Origin: Phoronis australis
Taxonomy: Eukaryota > Animalia > Phoronida
Direction: 5' to 3'
Length of the DNA stretch: 64,000 nucleotides
NCBI GenBank assembly: GCA_002633005.1
Contig: NMRA01000640.1
Location: forward strand, 87,277-151,276
In this document: piece after piece, positions 1 to 15,300 of the stretch
How positions within the stretch are numbered: the stretch's first letter is position 1
How the letters are laid out: every line of letters begins with the position of its first letter
Notes under the pieces: generated by a model
What the model was told of the DNA's origin: nothing
The model's database searches: none
The model's input: the letters and a program-made list of their open reading frames with translations, nothing else
Position numbers and translations under genes: made by a program

Positions 1-146
1 AGGATCCTTGAACCTTGAACTATACAAGTTTTCCATTTCTCAACAAAAAAACAGTCTCTAACGCTGTAACAGTTTTCAAAAATATTGTTTCATTGTAGGA
101 GACGTTTTTCATAATATATTATTGTGTAGTCCATGTATTACAATAC

Positions 147-322
147 CTTTGTCCTTTTCCTCAGCTGAGGTCGCCTCTTTCTGTTGTTTCCTACTCGGCT
201 CTTTCGATCTCTCCTCCCTGGTGGGCAGTGCCAGCATGATGGGGCGACGGTTGCCAGACTCCTCGTTCACCTGCACCAGCGTGCTGAACTGTATGGTGTA
301 GCGCCGCCGGCCAGCAGTGAAC
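147..322 (-). CDS. HUWE1: HUWE1 coding exon 38, WWE domain second half ([23 protein letters not shown])
   Basis: 176 nt, phase 2-1. Confidence 0.92.
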
Positions 323-3300
323 CTGAGGAGAAAATACAGATGATGGCTGAGATGTCGTAACGTTGAGGTGACAATTTAGACATATACTGAGAAGGTGGTG
401 TGACGCAGTCTACTTGCGGCAAGCTGGAGGCGAGGAATCGTAAAACTGAGATGAAAAATACTGAGAAATGTAAATAGAGGAAACTGGCCAGCCTTTAGCC
501 AACCTAAGCAGAATAGAGACAATTACAAAAAGTACAGAATAACACTGCAACTTGCAATGAATCTGAAAGGGATGAAAATACAGTTACTTTCAGTGCAGTG
601 CAGGCTAGAAAAACAACCATCCAAATAGGCTCACCACCCTCAAAATTACTAAATACCCGTGATGACGCTAACAGAGGTAAAGTGGACGGCATGTGCTTTG
701 GGTAATCTCAATGACCACATATCCTGGAATACAGTTATCCTCTGACACAGCACCGCCTACACTGAAAAGTGGTCATGTGGAAACATGATGAACGAAATAC
801 GTTATTCCGTGAGTGGGCATCAGTGGACGTGCCTTGGTCAGAAGTATACTGATCACATTGCCAGCCCTTGCAAACGCCTATATGCACTGTACGTGATTGG
901 GCTTAAGCCACTGGATCAAGGCTCCTTTGATTTTGCTTACTTCAGTCACTGCCTGTTTTAATAATTATGCAAACTCTCAAGTCAAAGGTGGTCGCCATAA
1001 GTGATAACTGAAAACTAAAAGGGGTTTCCCCGACTTTCAACCAATGCAAATGACTGAGTGTTATGACATCGCTTCCAAAACTTTAACAAATGAGAAGCCA
1101 TGTTAAACAACATTCAACAGTGCTACCTTTCATAGCAATGTGAAAGAGCGTAGGAATAAAGTCACAGCTGCCATTATTAAGCTATTAAATCAATATTCCT
1201 GGGGCGTGTGCAAGAAAAAACAAACTAAAGGGGCTCATCAGGCCCCTCCCCAAGTATCTTAACTTCACCAGAACCTTCCCTCATTTAATCACCTGACACT
1301 GGGCTCGCCCGCCCGGTACATGTCATCGATCACCTTGTTGTTACTGGCTGGGTACGCCTGCCACTTGCCTGTGCGGTCATCGAACCACTTCCAGGTGTGA
1401 GATTCACCCTGAAATGACAATTTCGAAAAATGTAACAGCATTTTTGACATTTCACTTCAAAGATTTATGCCAAACAAAATTTAGTCACCTTTTTGATATC
1501 ACTGTTTTGCCTTTTTGACAAATTTTACAAAAGGCATATTGATCACGTGACTCAATCAAAGTAAAAATCAAATTCTATAGGCTTTCTGCTTTCAGATATA
1601 ATATTTAAAGTTAAAATTCACAGCTTTGCAAATACGCATGAAAATACACAGAACTGGGCCTAAAAACCTTAAGAAACAGGGGGGATAATCCCATTTGTCC
1701 AACATGGTAGTAGCCCAGTTGGCCATGACATCAGTACTCACTGGCATGCTGCGTAGTTTGGCCTTTCTCTTGGATGCCACCGACACCTTCTCATACTGGT
1801 CCAGCAGTAGCAACAATGGAGCTAGCCACCTTAAACAATACATTGAAAACAGACGTATAACTACAGTAGTTAGATTTTCAAAAAAAGACCACCAACGTTC
1901 TTGGCACCAAAACCTGGAAAATACTCTGAGCAAACATTTTCTTCAATGCTTCCCAAATGATTTCTATTAGCTTTTTGTTTTTCAAACTATTTATTTAGCT
2001 CAATATTGTACGTCAACCATAACAAGATCATACCAACTATAACAAAATTTGTTAATTTTTTCATAAAACTACCACTTATCAACATGTGAAATGAAATTTA
2101 GCAATATTTTTAAAACTATTCAACAGTGGGCACAACAACAAGCCTATTAGACCCCAGGGCGGCCAACACATTCAGACCATAACGTCTAACATTCATGCTA
2201 AAATCTGTATTTTTTTAAGTGAAAATTTGTACAATTTCAAAGATTTTCAGGAAGTCTTAATTTCAAACACAAGATGGATCATTACACACTAAAACAACAA
2301 CTTTCAATTTCAGATGTTGTTTAACGAAAAAAGCAATGTTACGTAATAACTCAGCTCGTCGCATCGATATTTTTCGGCTCTTGCTGTCGGCATAGTCAAT
2401 TTCTTCGCACACTACGAAAGCCCCACAAATCCCGATATCTCGTAATTCTAAATACATAACAGTATTGTGAGCATTGGGGTTCTGAGTGTTCCAGACAATG
2501 TGATTAAACGAGGTTAATTCCATTCCCGTTTTCTAAATATAATGTAATTCATTAGTATACTCGTCTCCGAAATTTCTGTCTCAACATCTTAACATGGACT
2601 CCAAAGCATACGATATCCCATAATGCAAAATCAAGTGAGCGCATTTTCTATTGGTCAGTCCTTCACAAAAATCTGACCAATCACAAAAGGGAAATTTCAT
2701 TACGCAAATAGCATATTACACCGGAAGTCGGGATACGTCTCATTGGTCATTGATTTAGCGTTCTCGATAATTTCCGTCACTTTCGGGTGCTTCCTGCCTC
2801 GATCTTCGCCAATCATGCACTTCGCAACGCTGACAATTTCAAAGATAATTTTCAACTGATTTTTTGATGGGAAACAAATGCTCAAACTCCATGACACTTA
2901 AAAATCCGTACAAAGTTATTTTTAAGACCTCAAAGTAGGTAGAATACGCATTAATCTGTAACAACTGGCAGCCCTGACACCCCTCGTCACAGTTGGGGTT
3001 AGATGGTGTTATCAACTAAAGGTCAGTCAGAAACTCAAATCACAGCACGACAGTTCAGCAGAACGAAAGTCAAAGTAAGAGTTTCATCATTCTGATGTTC
3101 AAATCAATTTTAGCGCCTCAAATGGGCATCGAGTTAGAAAAATATTGACAATTTCTCTCAAAGAAAAACATCATCAACATCACAGCCTAACATCATGATT
3201 GCTTTGGCAGCAAGCCATTCCGATGACCCCCCTACTCACTTGGGCGTGGACGTGTCTTTGGCAAGCTGTTTGTCTGAAGAGACCATATAGAAGTACTGGC

Positions 3301-6300
3301 ACGTGTCTAGAAGTTGCACCAGGCTCTCCATTAGCACCATATTCTGAAGCACCTCCGCACAAGACATCTTCATCTCCTGTAATTGGACAATGAGTGTGGA
3401 TGCAGAGATAGTTAACAAAGAGAACAAAAACATAATATTTTGTTGTTCAACATTTTCCCCAAAAGGGAAATACAGTCACGCTTTCCATCTAATTTACTAC
3501 GTGTCAAATTCAAACTCAACCTAACTGAAGAAAGATCCCGACTTAACGTCAGTACACAACGGACTCTATTTAAATTTTGTTTTGAATACAGGGTCGCAAT
3601 TTAAGGCTTGAGGCCAATCCTTTGAAAGACTAAGTACTGTAGAATCTAACACGTAAAGAACATCCTTGGCAAGTGTTCTTACCTCAAAGAGCAATGTCAA
3701 TAGGTGTAGCCGTGTGGCCAGCTTGCCTGCCTCGGCCGTAGTGGACAGTCGGTTGATCCAGTCCTGTAGAGTGACCGGCTTTTGAGATTTCAGCTGGGAG
3801 GCCACCTCCAGCAGCTTCTGCACATACGTGACGATCTGAAAACAGAAAAGTCCGCCTTATAAAATAAAGAACTCTACTACAGAACGTGAAAGCAAGTCGA
3901 TAATGCAAACAATGCAAAGGTTTTGTATAAGATCCAACAAAATCTAAATGCGTGGCTGACCATTCAAGTCACTGCGCAACCCATCTCAACTGTAAGAATC
4001 TATTTATTACTTAACCATATTTGACCTTGCTCATGAAGCAAACCAATTTCTGTTTAAAGAGCAGCAGCTCAGAAAATCGTAACACAGCATGAGAGTTCAG
4101 AAGAACGAAAGTCATGTTGATAGATTTTCATCATTTCACTGTTAACTCATAGAAGAATGAAAAAGACCCCACAAGCTTCTACAAATAAAAACGACAATAT
4201 CATAATTTTGTGAACAGGACATTATAACACAAAAGCTTCCACCAAAATAGTGCAAAACACTAAAATCATCTTCAAAGAAATGGCCTGTCAGCATCAAAGA
4301 CAACATCAGTAATTGACATCATAGCTTCTATAACATCTGAAACTATGTTACAAGGACATATAATGTCCAGTTCATGAAGTCACTCTACCGTTAGCTTGCC
4401 AACAATCAGAACTGCGACAGGCTATCAACACTATTCTCTGCACAGGCAGAACACTACACTGCGGTGGTCTACCTCTGCAACTAGTTCCAGAAGGACTTCG
4501 TTCCTCCACTTGAAGCCATTTCTGTTGGTGACTACCACAATCAGGTCACACACGCGGTACACTGTCTCTGGTAGTGTGTCCAGTAGTTGTAGGCAGCCTA
4601 AATGATGTGTAAAACATTTCATAAGTAGGTCAAGTCTAAATAGGTCGAGAGTAAATAAGTCATGCACAAGTACGTAAAGGATAAATAGGTCAAGAGTAGA
4701 TAGGTCAAGGGTAAATAGGTCAAGGGTAAATAGGTCAGGGGTAAATAGGTCAATGATAAATAGGTCAATGATATATAGGTCAATGGTAAATAGGTCACGG
4801 GTAAATAGGTCATGGGTAAATAGGTCAAGGGCAAATAGGTCAAAAGTAAATAGGTCAATGGTAAATACGACAAAGGTTAAGAGGGCAAGGGCAAATAGGG
4901 CAAAGGCAAATAAGGCAACAGGTCAATAAGTCACTTGTAAATTCGCCAACATTAAGTAAGTCGATGGTAAAAAGTTCAAGTTATTGGAAAAATTCTATTT
5001 TTAGAGAAAGGGTCAGTTATTTCTCTAAGACCATTCAATACACCTAAAAGGTTAGCTTTAGAAAGGTCGTTAACTCATGAGATAACAGTTCAGATGGCGC
5101 CACAAAATGTGTCGCTTTGAGACAGTGAAGGACTAAAAAAGTGTCATACACCCACACAGTATGGCGAAACTAAATCCGACTCATTGTTTTTCTGCCATCT
5201 AGTAATGCATTAGTCCAATCAATTTACCTGGAAGCATGCTGTTTGTGAAGTCATCAATAAGGTCCTTGGACAGTGGTTCCTCCTCCTGCTGCTGCTGTTC
5301 GGTGGCACCACTGTCTTGCACCTTCTTGGCAAGTTCTTCCCCACCTGTTTTCTTCTGTTCATCAGACTGCTGAAAATACAGTTTTCATGTCTTATAGGCA
5401 AGACTGCAATGAACACAAGACTACAATAACAACATGCAAAAATTGTTCAAATAAATCTGGAAATTTAAGCTTGAGCACTTCCATCAGTTGACTGCTCATG
5501 GAAAACATGAAAAAGTGGACTTTATATACTTACAAGAAAGGTCGTAGAGGTCACACAAAGAGCAAAGGACATAGATAATGGTGATGATTAAACTGGAAAT
5601 ATACAGCTGCAGTAGACAGACATGTGACCCATTGTTAATGGTACAATATCAAGGTTTAATATTAAAAAGTGCTGTTTAGGTAGATGTATATCCACATCCG
5701 AAGTGAGCCCACAAATGAGAGAATTGGTGACAACTAATCATTCATAACCAGCAAAATTTTACAGCACGATCGTCTATTGTAATGGGAACTCTATGAAAAA
5801 CAACCAGTCAGAAAATCGTTACACAACACGAGAGTTCAGCAGAAAGAAAGTCATGGTGATGTTTTTTCATCATTTGGCTGTTGATCCCATAGTATTCCTA
5901 GCACCCTCACAAGGGTAAGCCGGACAAAACTATAGATTGGCCAAGCATTTACAAAATATTAGTGGATTGACAATGCTTTGCCGACAATCAGATGTAAGCA
6001 GGTGGTCTTAGTTATAATAAATGCACATGCTCACGAACTCTGCTGAAAATCATTGAAAACAATTTAGAGAGCCAATTTAGAGAAACTTAGAAACAAGATA
6101 ACATACCTAAATTTTTTGAAAGCAGACAAACTGTCTGTGAAATTTCAAAGCAAAAGAATTCTGGTTAGGCTGTTTTCTTTTATCACGACATCAAAAAATG
6201 TATGTTTAGTGAATTTTTATCAAATGCAAAAATTTCATTCTAGACTCCTGAGAATATGGTACGTTCCTCAGACCGCCTAAAACCTTGAACTAGATCATTA

Positions 6301-9300
6301 ACCACAGCGGCGGGAGACAAATCTCACCTGGTCCGTCGACATGAGCACATTCTCACCCAGCGACATGGCGATTGCTCGCATCATCTGCTCTTCTTCTGAC
6401 AGGGCGTCTGACATATTTAGCACCGTCTGAAGTACATTAATTTTAGTTATAATTTGTAGCCACTCGAAACACCTATCTTCTAAGGGCTGTTCCAGCAAAA
6501 TCTGTATGGGAGGGGGGGAAGGCACTTTTATTTCGTACCCACTGCCCATATTTTTCATTTACTGCTCCAACCCATGACCCATAATTTTTTAATTATTTTT
6601 AATAGGTTAAAATATAAAAACCAACACTTGCAAACAAATTGCCTCCAGGAGGACCTGTTAAGAACTTAGATGATTGACAGACAAGAACTAGTTGTCTTGT
6701 CCAATATTGTCAAAAACTAAAGTAGTCTGTGAGCAATACTTTTGGCAGCCACCAGGTGTCTCTGTTCACCATGTGTCTATAATTTCAATGAACATTTTTT
6801 CAATTATAAGGATCTATGAATCTCAAACTGTCTCCACGAACTCTTTTATACTTCTATGTCAAGTGAATATTGGAACTAGTTTATCTTACTCCTCATACTT
6901 TTTATTTAAAAATCATCAATTTTCTTATATGTGTTAACACCAGTTTAGTGTTGCATAACTTTTTATTTCAATAGGACTGCAGACAAACAGTTGGCTCAAA
7001 TCAAGTTGCCCATGACTTGATTAATGGCTTGGTGAACATATTGCACTCTGTTCACTAGAAATATGGGCTTTTTTGTATTGGATTTTTTTTGAGTTTTGAG
7101 GGCTGAAGTAACCAACCTGTCAACATTAACAGGTCAAAAAATACCACCCATTTTTAATGCATCACTTCTAACAGGAACGACCACCCATAATTTGTGTTTT
7201 TTTCTGAAGACCACCACCCATGAATTTTTATTTCTACTGCGGGCCCCCCCCTCCCACACGGATTTTACTGGAACAGCCCTAAATAAATAGAATTAACTTC
7301 AGTCTGCAAAACTGCATCGAACTATATCAAATTTTAAAGCACTTCGCACTGATGAGATGAAACTATTCGTCTCAATTTTTATCAATCTTTGTCAGATATC
7401 AATTGATGCATATACTGAGAGGAAAAATCCAGGCAAGTAATTGTTAGATTTACACAAACTTTTTTCTAGAATTATAACAATTCCATGCACTTATGGAATA
7501 CACATTAATTTTATTTCATTTATGGATTATATGTTGAAGGAATAGCCTACTCAGCCAATACCTGGGGTCCAGCAAGCCTTCCCATAAAGCAACACAATTA
7601 CAAGATGTACCAATGATGAACATAATTACAGTTTAATATAAGTATTGGTTAACATAATTATAGAATGAAACAATATTCAAAATCAAAATGGAACAACATT
7701 TACAATGAAAATCCATGAAACTTGATGAGACAGGGTTTAGAAAGTATGACGTATGGGTAACTAGTATCGAGAATTTAGCCACCCCTTTGTTTGTTGAAAC
7801 GCAGTCAAATTTAATAAGGCATCTTTAAGTCAAGGCAAATAAGCACGCACCTCTAGAGCGGAGGGAGGGTGAGATAACAGCCACTCAGTAGCCTGCTCCA
7901 GGTTCGCCGTGTGCTGCAGCGCCTCTGTGCAGTGCTCGTGTGTGAAACCCATATCCATCAGCTGAAACGGACATCACCAAGTCTCATTAAATGTGGACTA
8001 TAACAAAAGGACCATAGTGGATAACACAGGGACACTCGAATCTCGTTGTATTTATTCAAAATGCCATAAACATCCATCAGGCATATTTGGTGCCTCCTTT
8101 TTGTGCTCTTGGAGTTATTTTATATATTGTTGTCTGAATCTTAACAATTTTTTTCTCGGTTGCATTACTCTATTCATCCTTCCAATACCAACTAAGTATT
8201 GCTGCTGTGCTGTGGACAGCAACTCAGACGTGAAAAAGTTTGATAAACAAGACAAAAATGCGCAGATGCGTGATCTGAAATTCTTCACCTTCCCGACATC
8301 AGTGAGACATGAAAATGTGCCCGATTTCCAAAACTAGGTCATATGCTTTCTAATCTCTGGGACAAAGGAGAGTTTTATAGGCGTGTAATCCGGGATGGCC
8401 CTATTCGCACTTCTTTTATTTTTTCAACCTTAGAGCCATACGACAAGTTGTGTGCACAGATAGAATCAGGTGTATGGTAAAAACGTTTTTTTTTCAATTT
8501 TCCAATTTACAAGCCATTTCTGTTAAGTACATACCAATAGTTTCCAAAAAAGTTGATGAACTTTGTAATTACTGGTCAAGCTTTATTACATTAGCAACAA
8601 TAAACCTGGACAGTACTGGACAAACAATAAACCTGGACAGTACTAGACAAACAATAAACCTGGACAGTACTAGACAAACAATAAACCTGGACAGTACTAG
8701 ACAAACAATAAACCTGGACAGTACTGGACAAACAATAAACCTGGACAGTACTGGACAAACAATAAACCTGGACAGTACTAGACAAACAATAAACCTGGAC
8801 AGTACTAGACAAACAATAAAACTTAAAAATCATTTGCAAATTTGTCAAAATCTTGTGCTTGGAAATCTGTAAATATTCAACGCGAACAGGGTCTATTTAT
8901 TTAACTTCTGCGCCTCTTTACAGTCACATGCTTCGTACAGAATTTTGGTCACAATATTCATCAAGAGCTTTTCAGAGGACTTTTAAGCAAAATGTGCCGA
9001 CTTTTCAAGAGCCTACCGGACAAGAACCTTAAGCCTGAAGATTGCGACTGGAGCGGTGGTATGGTGAGAGTGTCCTTTTATCCATAACTTACCTGAATCA
9101 TTGTGACAGAGGAGAGTTTTAACAGCCAGCAGGTCATTTTTGTGACAATAATTAGACGAATATGAAAGGAATAATAACCACACACACAAAATTAATATGC
9201 TCATGGTTTTTGATTTTCAAGTGATGTTCAAGGCTTAATGTAAAACAGCCAGATCTTTCTTCAAATTCAAGGACTTATTAAGATGCACAACATGAATTAA

Positions 9301-12300
9301 ATGTCATGTTCTCACATTCACAGGGCATTCCTTCTGATGTACATTTCTTACCTGAGACAGGTGTGACTCGTTGACGGCAGGTGGAGGTCGAGGTGCCAAT
9401 ATATTGCTGTTCCTGAACAGGCCACTAGAGGTCACTGGGGTATTGTTAGCAGCTGTCGAAGGGCCTTCGTCAGTTTTCGACAGGTCTTCTTTCTCCTTGA
9501 CCAATTTTTCCTGAAGAAGAAAACCATTTTTATAGATACTTGAGTAGCATTTGACACCATGGACCATGCCCAAGAACACAACTTTAAATTAAGCATGATA
9601 AAATTATTTGCTTCTTAGTTTTAAATTGCCGTCCCCAGAAAGCAACAATTTTTTACATCCATTTACCAGCATCAGCACAAATATCATCCTGTGACAGAAA
9701 ATTTCGAAACAAACAACTAACACTACTGCAGTAGGTTTCAAAATAACCTAGACAGGCTCAGACAGAATTTTACCGGACTCTGTCAGATTTGAACGAGCTT
9801 CTGCCAGTCTAGTTGCAATGAAACACCGTTTTTGGCAAACTTTAGTTAATAGGCTTTAATGCGACGCTATTACCCCTAGCGGTTAATTTTTTATTGATGA
9901 ATGGGCTTGTGCGTTAAGCTGACGCGATCTCGACCTAATGACAATCACTGTGACAATGGACACTGGGGGATACAATATTCAAAAGAATCATTCCTCCTAC
10001 CTTAATTAAAGCCTCGCCTTTGATAATGTGACAGAGAATGGCCAGTATAGACTCAGACATACGGCCTCCGTACGTCTTTAATGGCGTTCTATTCCAAAGG
10101 TGGCTGATGGCACTGAATGCCGCCTAAAAGAAATGCAAATTTCAGTCGACAGACTTAAATATATATACAGGACAAAGTGCGTCAGTTCGGTTTGGGAGTG
10201 CGAAACAAATCAATGCAACTATAGACAACAAAATTGTGGTATAAATTCATCAGTTGGGGACAGTGAAAAATTAAGTACTTTACTCAAGGTTAGAGCTTGT
10301 ACCAAATTACGCAAATACGCAATACTGGCTGTCCCGAATTTAAGAATTTTAATGACAGATGATCATCCTCGACGTAACACACTATGGGGATGCCTGAAGT
10401 CAGCGCTTTTTACCTGGTTTTATGAATCATCAAGTTACATTTTGAGACTTCCTTGCGAATACAAAATGCAATGACTGCAACACAACAAAACTGACCCAAG
10501 TCTCCACCTTCAAGAAAATTCGATTTCTGATTGAGCTTTGGTGTACTGAGTACAAGAGACTATACGAAACTGGAGAACAATTGCCGTGGCCTAATTGATT
10601 GTCCAGGCAGTAAATGAAAGACAGCTCACCAGAGAAATACGTTCACATGCACAGGACTAAGTTAATGCTTAAAAACTTAAACCTAGAATACGGAGATTAC
10701 TAAATTTGATCAAAGGCTGCTGTATTTACCAAATGCAGCTGTTGAATTTGGTTTACAAATCACACAATTATTTGGTGCCACCACCGGATGTAACGCTTCT
10801 CAGCATTTTCTATGATGAACTGCAATTATCAAACATTAAGAATAACACAGCCCAAAATCTAAAGATCCAACATTGTCTCTTCATACCTTATGCGTCTTCA
10901 CCAGATAGTGCACGGGGCTGAATGGTGTGAAGCCCGGTTGAGAGGACTTGACCGGCAGCGTGTGCGGGGACTCTAGCACGTTTTTCGTGTTCACCATCTT
11001 CTCTATCAGCATAAGCCAGGCGTCGAAGAACTCACCCGTGCCATCTGGAAATTAAATCAAAACGACTTCAGTAATTGGTAAAGATGGTGAAAGTCACTTC
11101 ATCTGGACACACTAGTAGCACTGGGTGAACAAATCGGACTTATAAATAGTATTTACCAAATTTATGTTGAAGCAGCTGTACTTCTCGGCACTGCTTTGAG
11201 AATGAAGGCAAAAATGAGCTCACTACAAACTATTTTTGCACTTGATTACCCTTTCCATATTAGACATACTAGTATAAAGTAAAAAGTGTACAATTTAAAA
11301 AACAAACCGTGGCAGAAAGGTGCTATTTCACAGTCATGATTCTCGACAAAACTAATTATTGGAAAGTTTTACTTCTGTCATTATAAGCCTAACTTGTGTA
11401 GAAACATTCTGTTTTAAAATTTTCAGCAGTGTCACAAACATTCAAAAACTGGGAAAAATATACATTAGCAATGAGTTTTACCCTAAATTGATGCATTATT
11501 AAAGTAGTTATCATAATTCCTTGAGATCAACAAGAAAATAAAAACAGAAGAAGGACCTCCACTTTCACAGACCGGGTGAGAGGTTAAATCAAATAAAAGA
11601 AACAAAAGTCCTAAGAAAGTGTAACGTTAAATAAATGAAAATGTCACAATCGTGTCCCATTCACATGCTGAGCCTCACCTCTCATTGATCGAGTGGTGAA
11701 GTGGCTGGTGAACGGGGTCTATGTTGCACTGACATTATACCAAACCAACAACAACGATGTGGAGTGGAGATCAAATACAATGCGTCGAAGGAATACGATA
11801 AAGACAGTAGACTGCTAAGTTGTAGGTAAACTAACTTTGAAATGAACTTCAAAGCAGGACTTCATAAGTTCACATACGTATTAAGAAAAACTAATGATAA
11901 ACCGTGCATTCTCCAACTCCATGGAGACAATAACCAGTCTGACCCAAACCCAGAGTTATCTACACCCAGAGGAAGCAGTGTGGCTATGTGGATAAGTGCC
12001 CACTTCCTTTGCTCAAGGTTGCAGGTTGACGTCCCTCTGGGCCACACTGCTACATGTTTGAGTCAGGTCTTTAGCTCCCCAGCTCAGTTTTAACTATTAG
12101 CATAAAAATGGTTCCAGGTGATCACTGCACACATCTGGTACAACATGCACCAGATTGCCTATAATTATTTTTTACAATCACCAAACCAGTTTGTTTTTTT
12201 CTCAGCAAACCCACCCAACTTGGTTTAGTTCTCAAGTCATTTGAATCTCTTTGTTGAAGTCACTTAACTATCAGGTTACCTGAACTACACAGTAGCCACA

Positions 12301-15300
12301 ACCTTCAACTCAGTTCTTTCACTTATACACGGCTAATAGAGCAAATCACTTCAACTCACAAACACAGCTCACACACTGCCAAACACAGTTCACACACTGC
12401 TAAACACAGTTCACACACTGCTAAACACAGCTCACACACTGCTAAACACAGTTCACACACTGCTAAACACAGTTCACACACTGCTAAACACAGTTCACAC
12501 ACCGCCAAACACAGTTCACACACCGTCAAACACAGCTCACACACTGCCAAACACAGTTCACACACCGTCAAACATAGCTCAAGCACCGTCAAACATAGCT
12601 CACCCACAGCTAAACACAGCTCACACACAACCAAATACAGTGCCTAACTCACAAATTACAACACGCACCCAGAAACTCCTCTCCATACTCACAAACACAG
12701 CTCAATGATCACCCAATGCATTACACCAAAATGGAGTCAGGGCCTTGTGTTTACAAGGCACCGAACTGATTTTATCCAGTCTGTGGGTCGTGTTTATCAG
12801 TGAAGGAACTACGCTTATAACTGTCATTTTGTTTGGGTAACCTGAAGATGGGGACAAACACATTCAACTTATTCACATATCAAAAACCTGAATCAGCACG
12901 CAGGTATAAACAATATCATGGTCAACGTTGATTTGACTGGTATAAAAGTACACTCACATAATCCTATTTCTGCTAATTGCCAACAACTCAACGTCATTTA
13001 TTCACAGCTGCTATATCACACTCTTTCACATTTCCTTCATAGATTTCACCATAACTTTACGAGAAACAACAACCGACACGATTTTATCGTAATTTTTAAA
13101 CTACTCCAGTTGTCAAACACACAGCTTTGGACGGATAATCATATCTTACCTGGTAAATTCGGATTCTCCAGTCCTTCCTCTAGCCTCGTTTGACCACCGC
13201 ATGTCAAAGCCCACTCAAAAGACCTGTTGATAAAANNNNNNNNNNNNNNNNNNNNNNNNNNNNNNNNNNNNNNNNNNNNNNNNNNNNNNNNNNNNNNNNN
13301 NNNNNNNNNNNNNNNNNNNNNNNNNNNNNNNNNNNNNNNNNNNNNNNNNNNNNNNNNNNNNNNNNNNNNNNNNNNNNNNNNNNNNNNNNNNNNNNNNNNN
13401 NNNNNNNNNNNNNNNNNNNNNNNNNNNNNNNNNNNNNNNNNNNNNNNACTTGTGTAGAAACATTCTGTTTTAAAATTTTCAGCAGTGTCACAAACATTCA
13501 AAAACTGGGAAAAATATACATTAGCAATGAGTTTTACCCTAAATTGATGCATTATTAAAGTAGTTATCATAATTCCTTGAGATCAACAAGAAAATAAAAA
13601 CAGAAGAAGGACCTCCACTTTCACAGACCGGGTGAGAGGTTAAATCAAATAAAAGAAACAAAAGTCCTAAGAAAGTGTAACGTTAAATAAATGAAAATGT
13701 CACAATCGTGTCCCATTCACATGCTGAGCCTCACCTCTCATTGATCGAGTGGTGAAGTGGCTGGTGAACGGGGTCTATGTTGCACTGACATTATACCAAA
13801 CCAACAACAACGATGTGGAGTGGAGATCAAATACAATGCGTCGAAGGAATACGACAAAGACAGTAGACTGCTAAGTTGTAGGTAAACTAACTTTGAAATG
13901 AACTTCAAAGCAGGACTTCATAAGTTCACATACGTATTAAGAAAAACAAATGATAAACCGTGCATTCGCCAACTCTATGGAGACAATAACCAGTTAGACC
14001 CAAACCTAGAGTTATCCCCACCAACAGGAGGCAGTGTGGCTATGTGGATAAGTGCCCACTTCCTTTGCTCAAGGTTGCAGGTTGATGTCCCGCTGGGGCA
14101 CACTGCTACACGTCTGAGTCGGGTCTTTAGCTCAACAGCTCAGTTTTAACTATTAGCATAAAAATGGTTCCAGGTGATCACTGCACACATCTGGTACAAC
14201 ATGCACCAGATTGTCTATAATTATTTTTTACGCTCACCAAACCAGTTTGTTTTTTTCTCAGCAAGCCCACCCAACTTGGTTTAGTTCTCAAAAGTCATTT
14301 GAATCTCTTTGTTGAAATCACTTAACTATCAGGTTACCTGAACTATAGAGTAGCCACAACCTTCAAATCAGTTCTTTCACTTATACACGGCTCATAGAGC
14401 AACTAAACTCACTTCAACTCACAAACACTGTTCACACATTGCCAAACACTGGCCACATCCTGCCAAACACAGTTCACACAGCTCTCACACCACCAAATAT
14501 AGTGCCTAACTCACAAATTACAACACGTATCCAGAAACTCCTCTCCATACTCACAAACACAGCTCAATGATCACCCAATGCATTACACCAAAATGGAGTC
14601 AGGGCCTTGTGTTTACAAGGCACCAAACTGATTTTATCTAGTCTGTGGGTCATGTTTATCAGTGAAGGAACTACGCTAATAACTGTCACGTTGTTTGGGT
14701 AGCCTGAAGATGGGCACAAACACATTCAACTTATTCACATATCAAAAACCTGAATCAGCACGCAGGTATAAACAATATCATGGTCAACGTTGATTTGACT
14801 TGTATAAAAGTACACTGACTGTCTCACATAATCCTATTTCTGCTAATTGCCAACAACTCAACGTCATTTATTCACAGCTGCTATATCACTTTCTTTCACA
14901 TTTCCTTCATAGATTTCACCATAACTTTACGAGAAACAACAGCCGACACGATTTTATCGTAATTTTTAAACTACTCCAGTTGTCAAACACACAGCTTTGG
15001 ACGGATAATCATATCTTACCAGGTAAATTCGGATTCTCCAGTCCTTCCTCTAGCCTCGTTTGACCACCGCATGTTAAAGCCCACTCAAAAGACCTGTTGA
15101 TAAAAGCACAGACACTAGAACCTCTAACAGCTAAAACACCAGACAATCTTTTCTTTGCACAGAACATTGATTTGTCGATTGAAGCACAGGCACTAAAATC
15201 TCCCCTCCCCCCTCAAAGACCACACTCATTTGACAATACCAGCAGGTTACTTCAAGACAGAAGACAGTATGAATCCATATTCAACAATCTGGGAGCTGTT

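Larger units (their letters stand above)
11391..15105. repeat. Duplicated block (11391-13234 vs 13448-15105), probable uncollapsed haplotypes
   Basis: Copies flank an N gap. Confidence 0.85.

Noticed and set aside
776-858. ATGATGA..CTGA with short flanking stem, C/D-like
   Set aside because: Antisense to the host gene, single copy, no recognisable rRNA guide
7330-7380. CTGATGAG..GAAAC, hammerhead-like
   Set aside because: No GAAA after a proper stem II and no closing stems I/III
10400-10436. TTGATGA..AAAAAGCG-CTGA on the minus strand
   Set aside because: Only 8 nt complementarity to 28S and no second D box at a suitable distance
4619-12634. Repetitive ORFs (LPLTY)n, (TINLDSTRQ)n, (CELCLAV)n
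   Set aside because: Translations of intronic minisatellites, with no splice or phase fit to HUWE1
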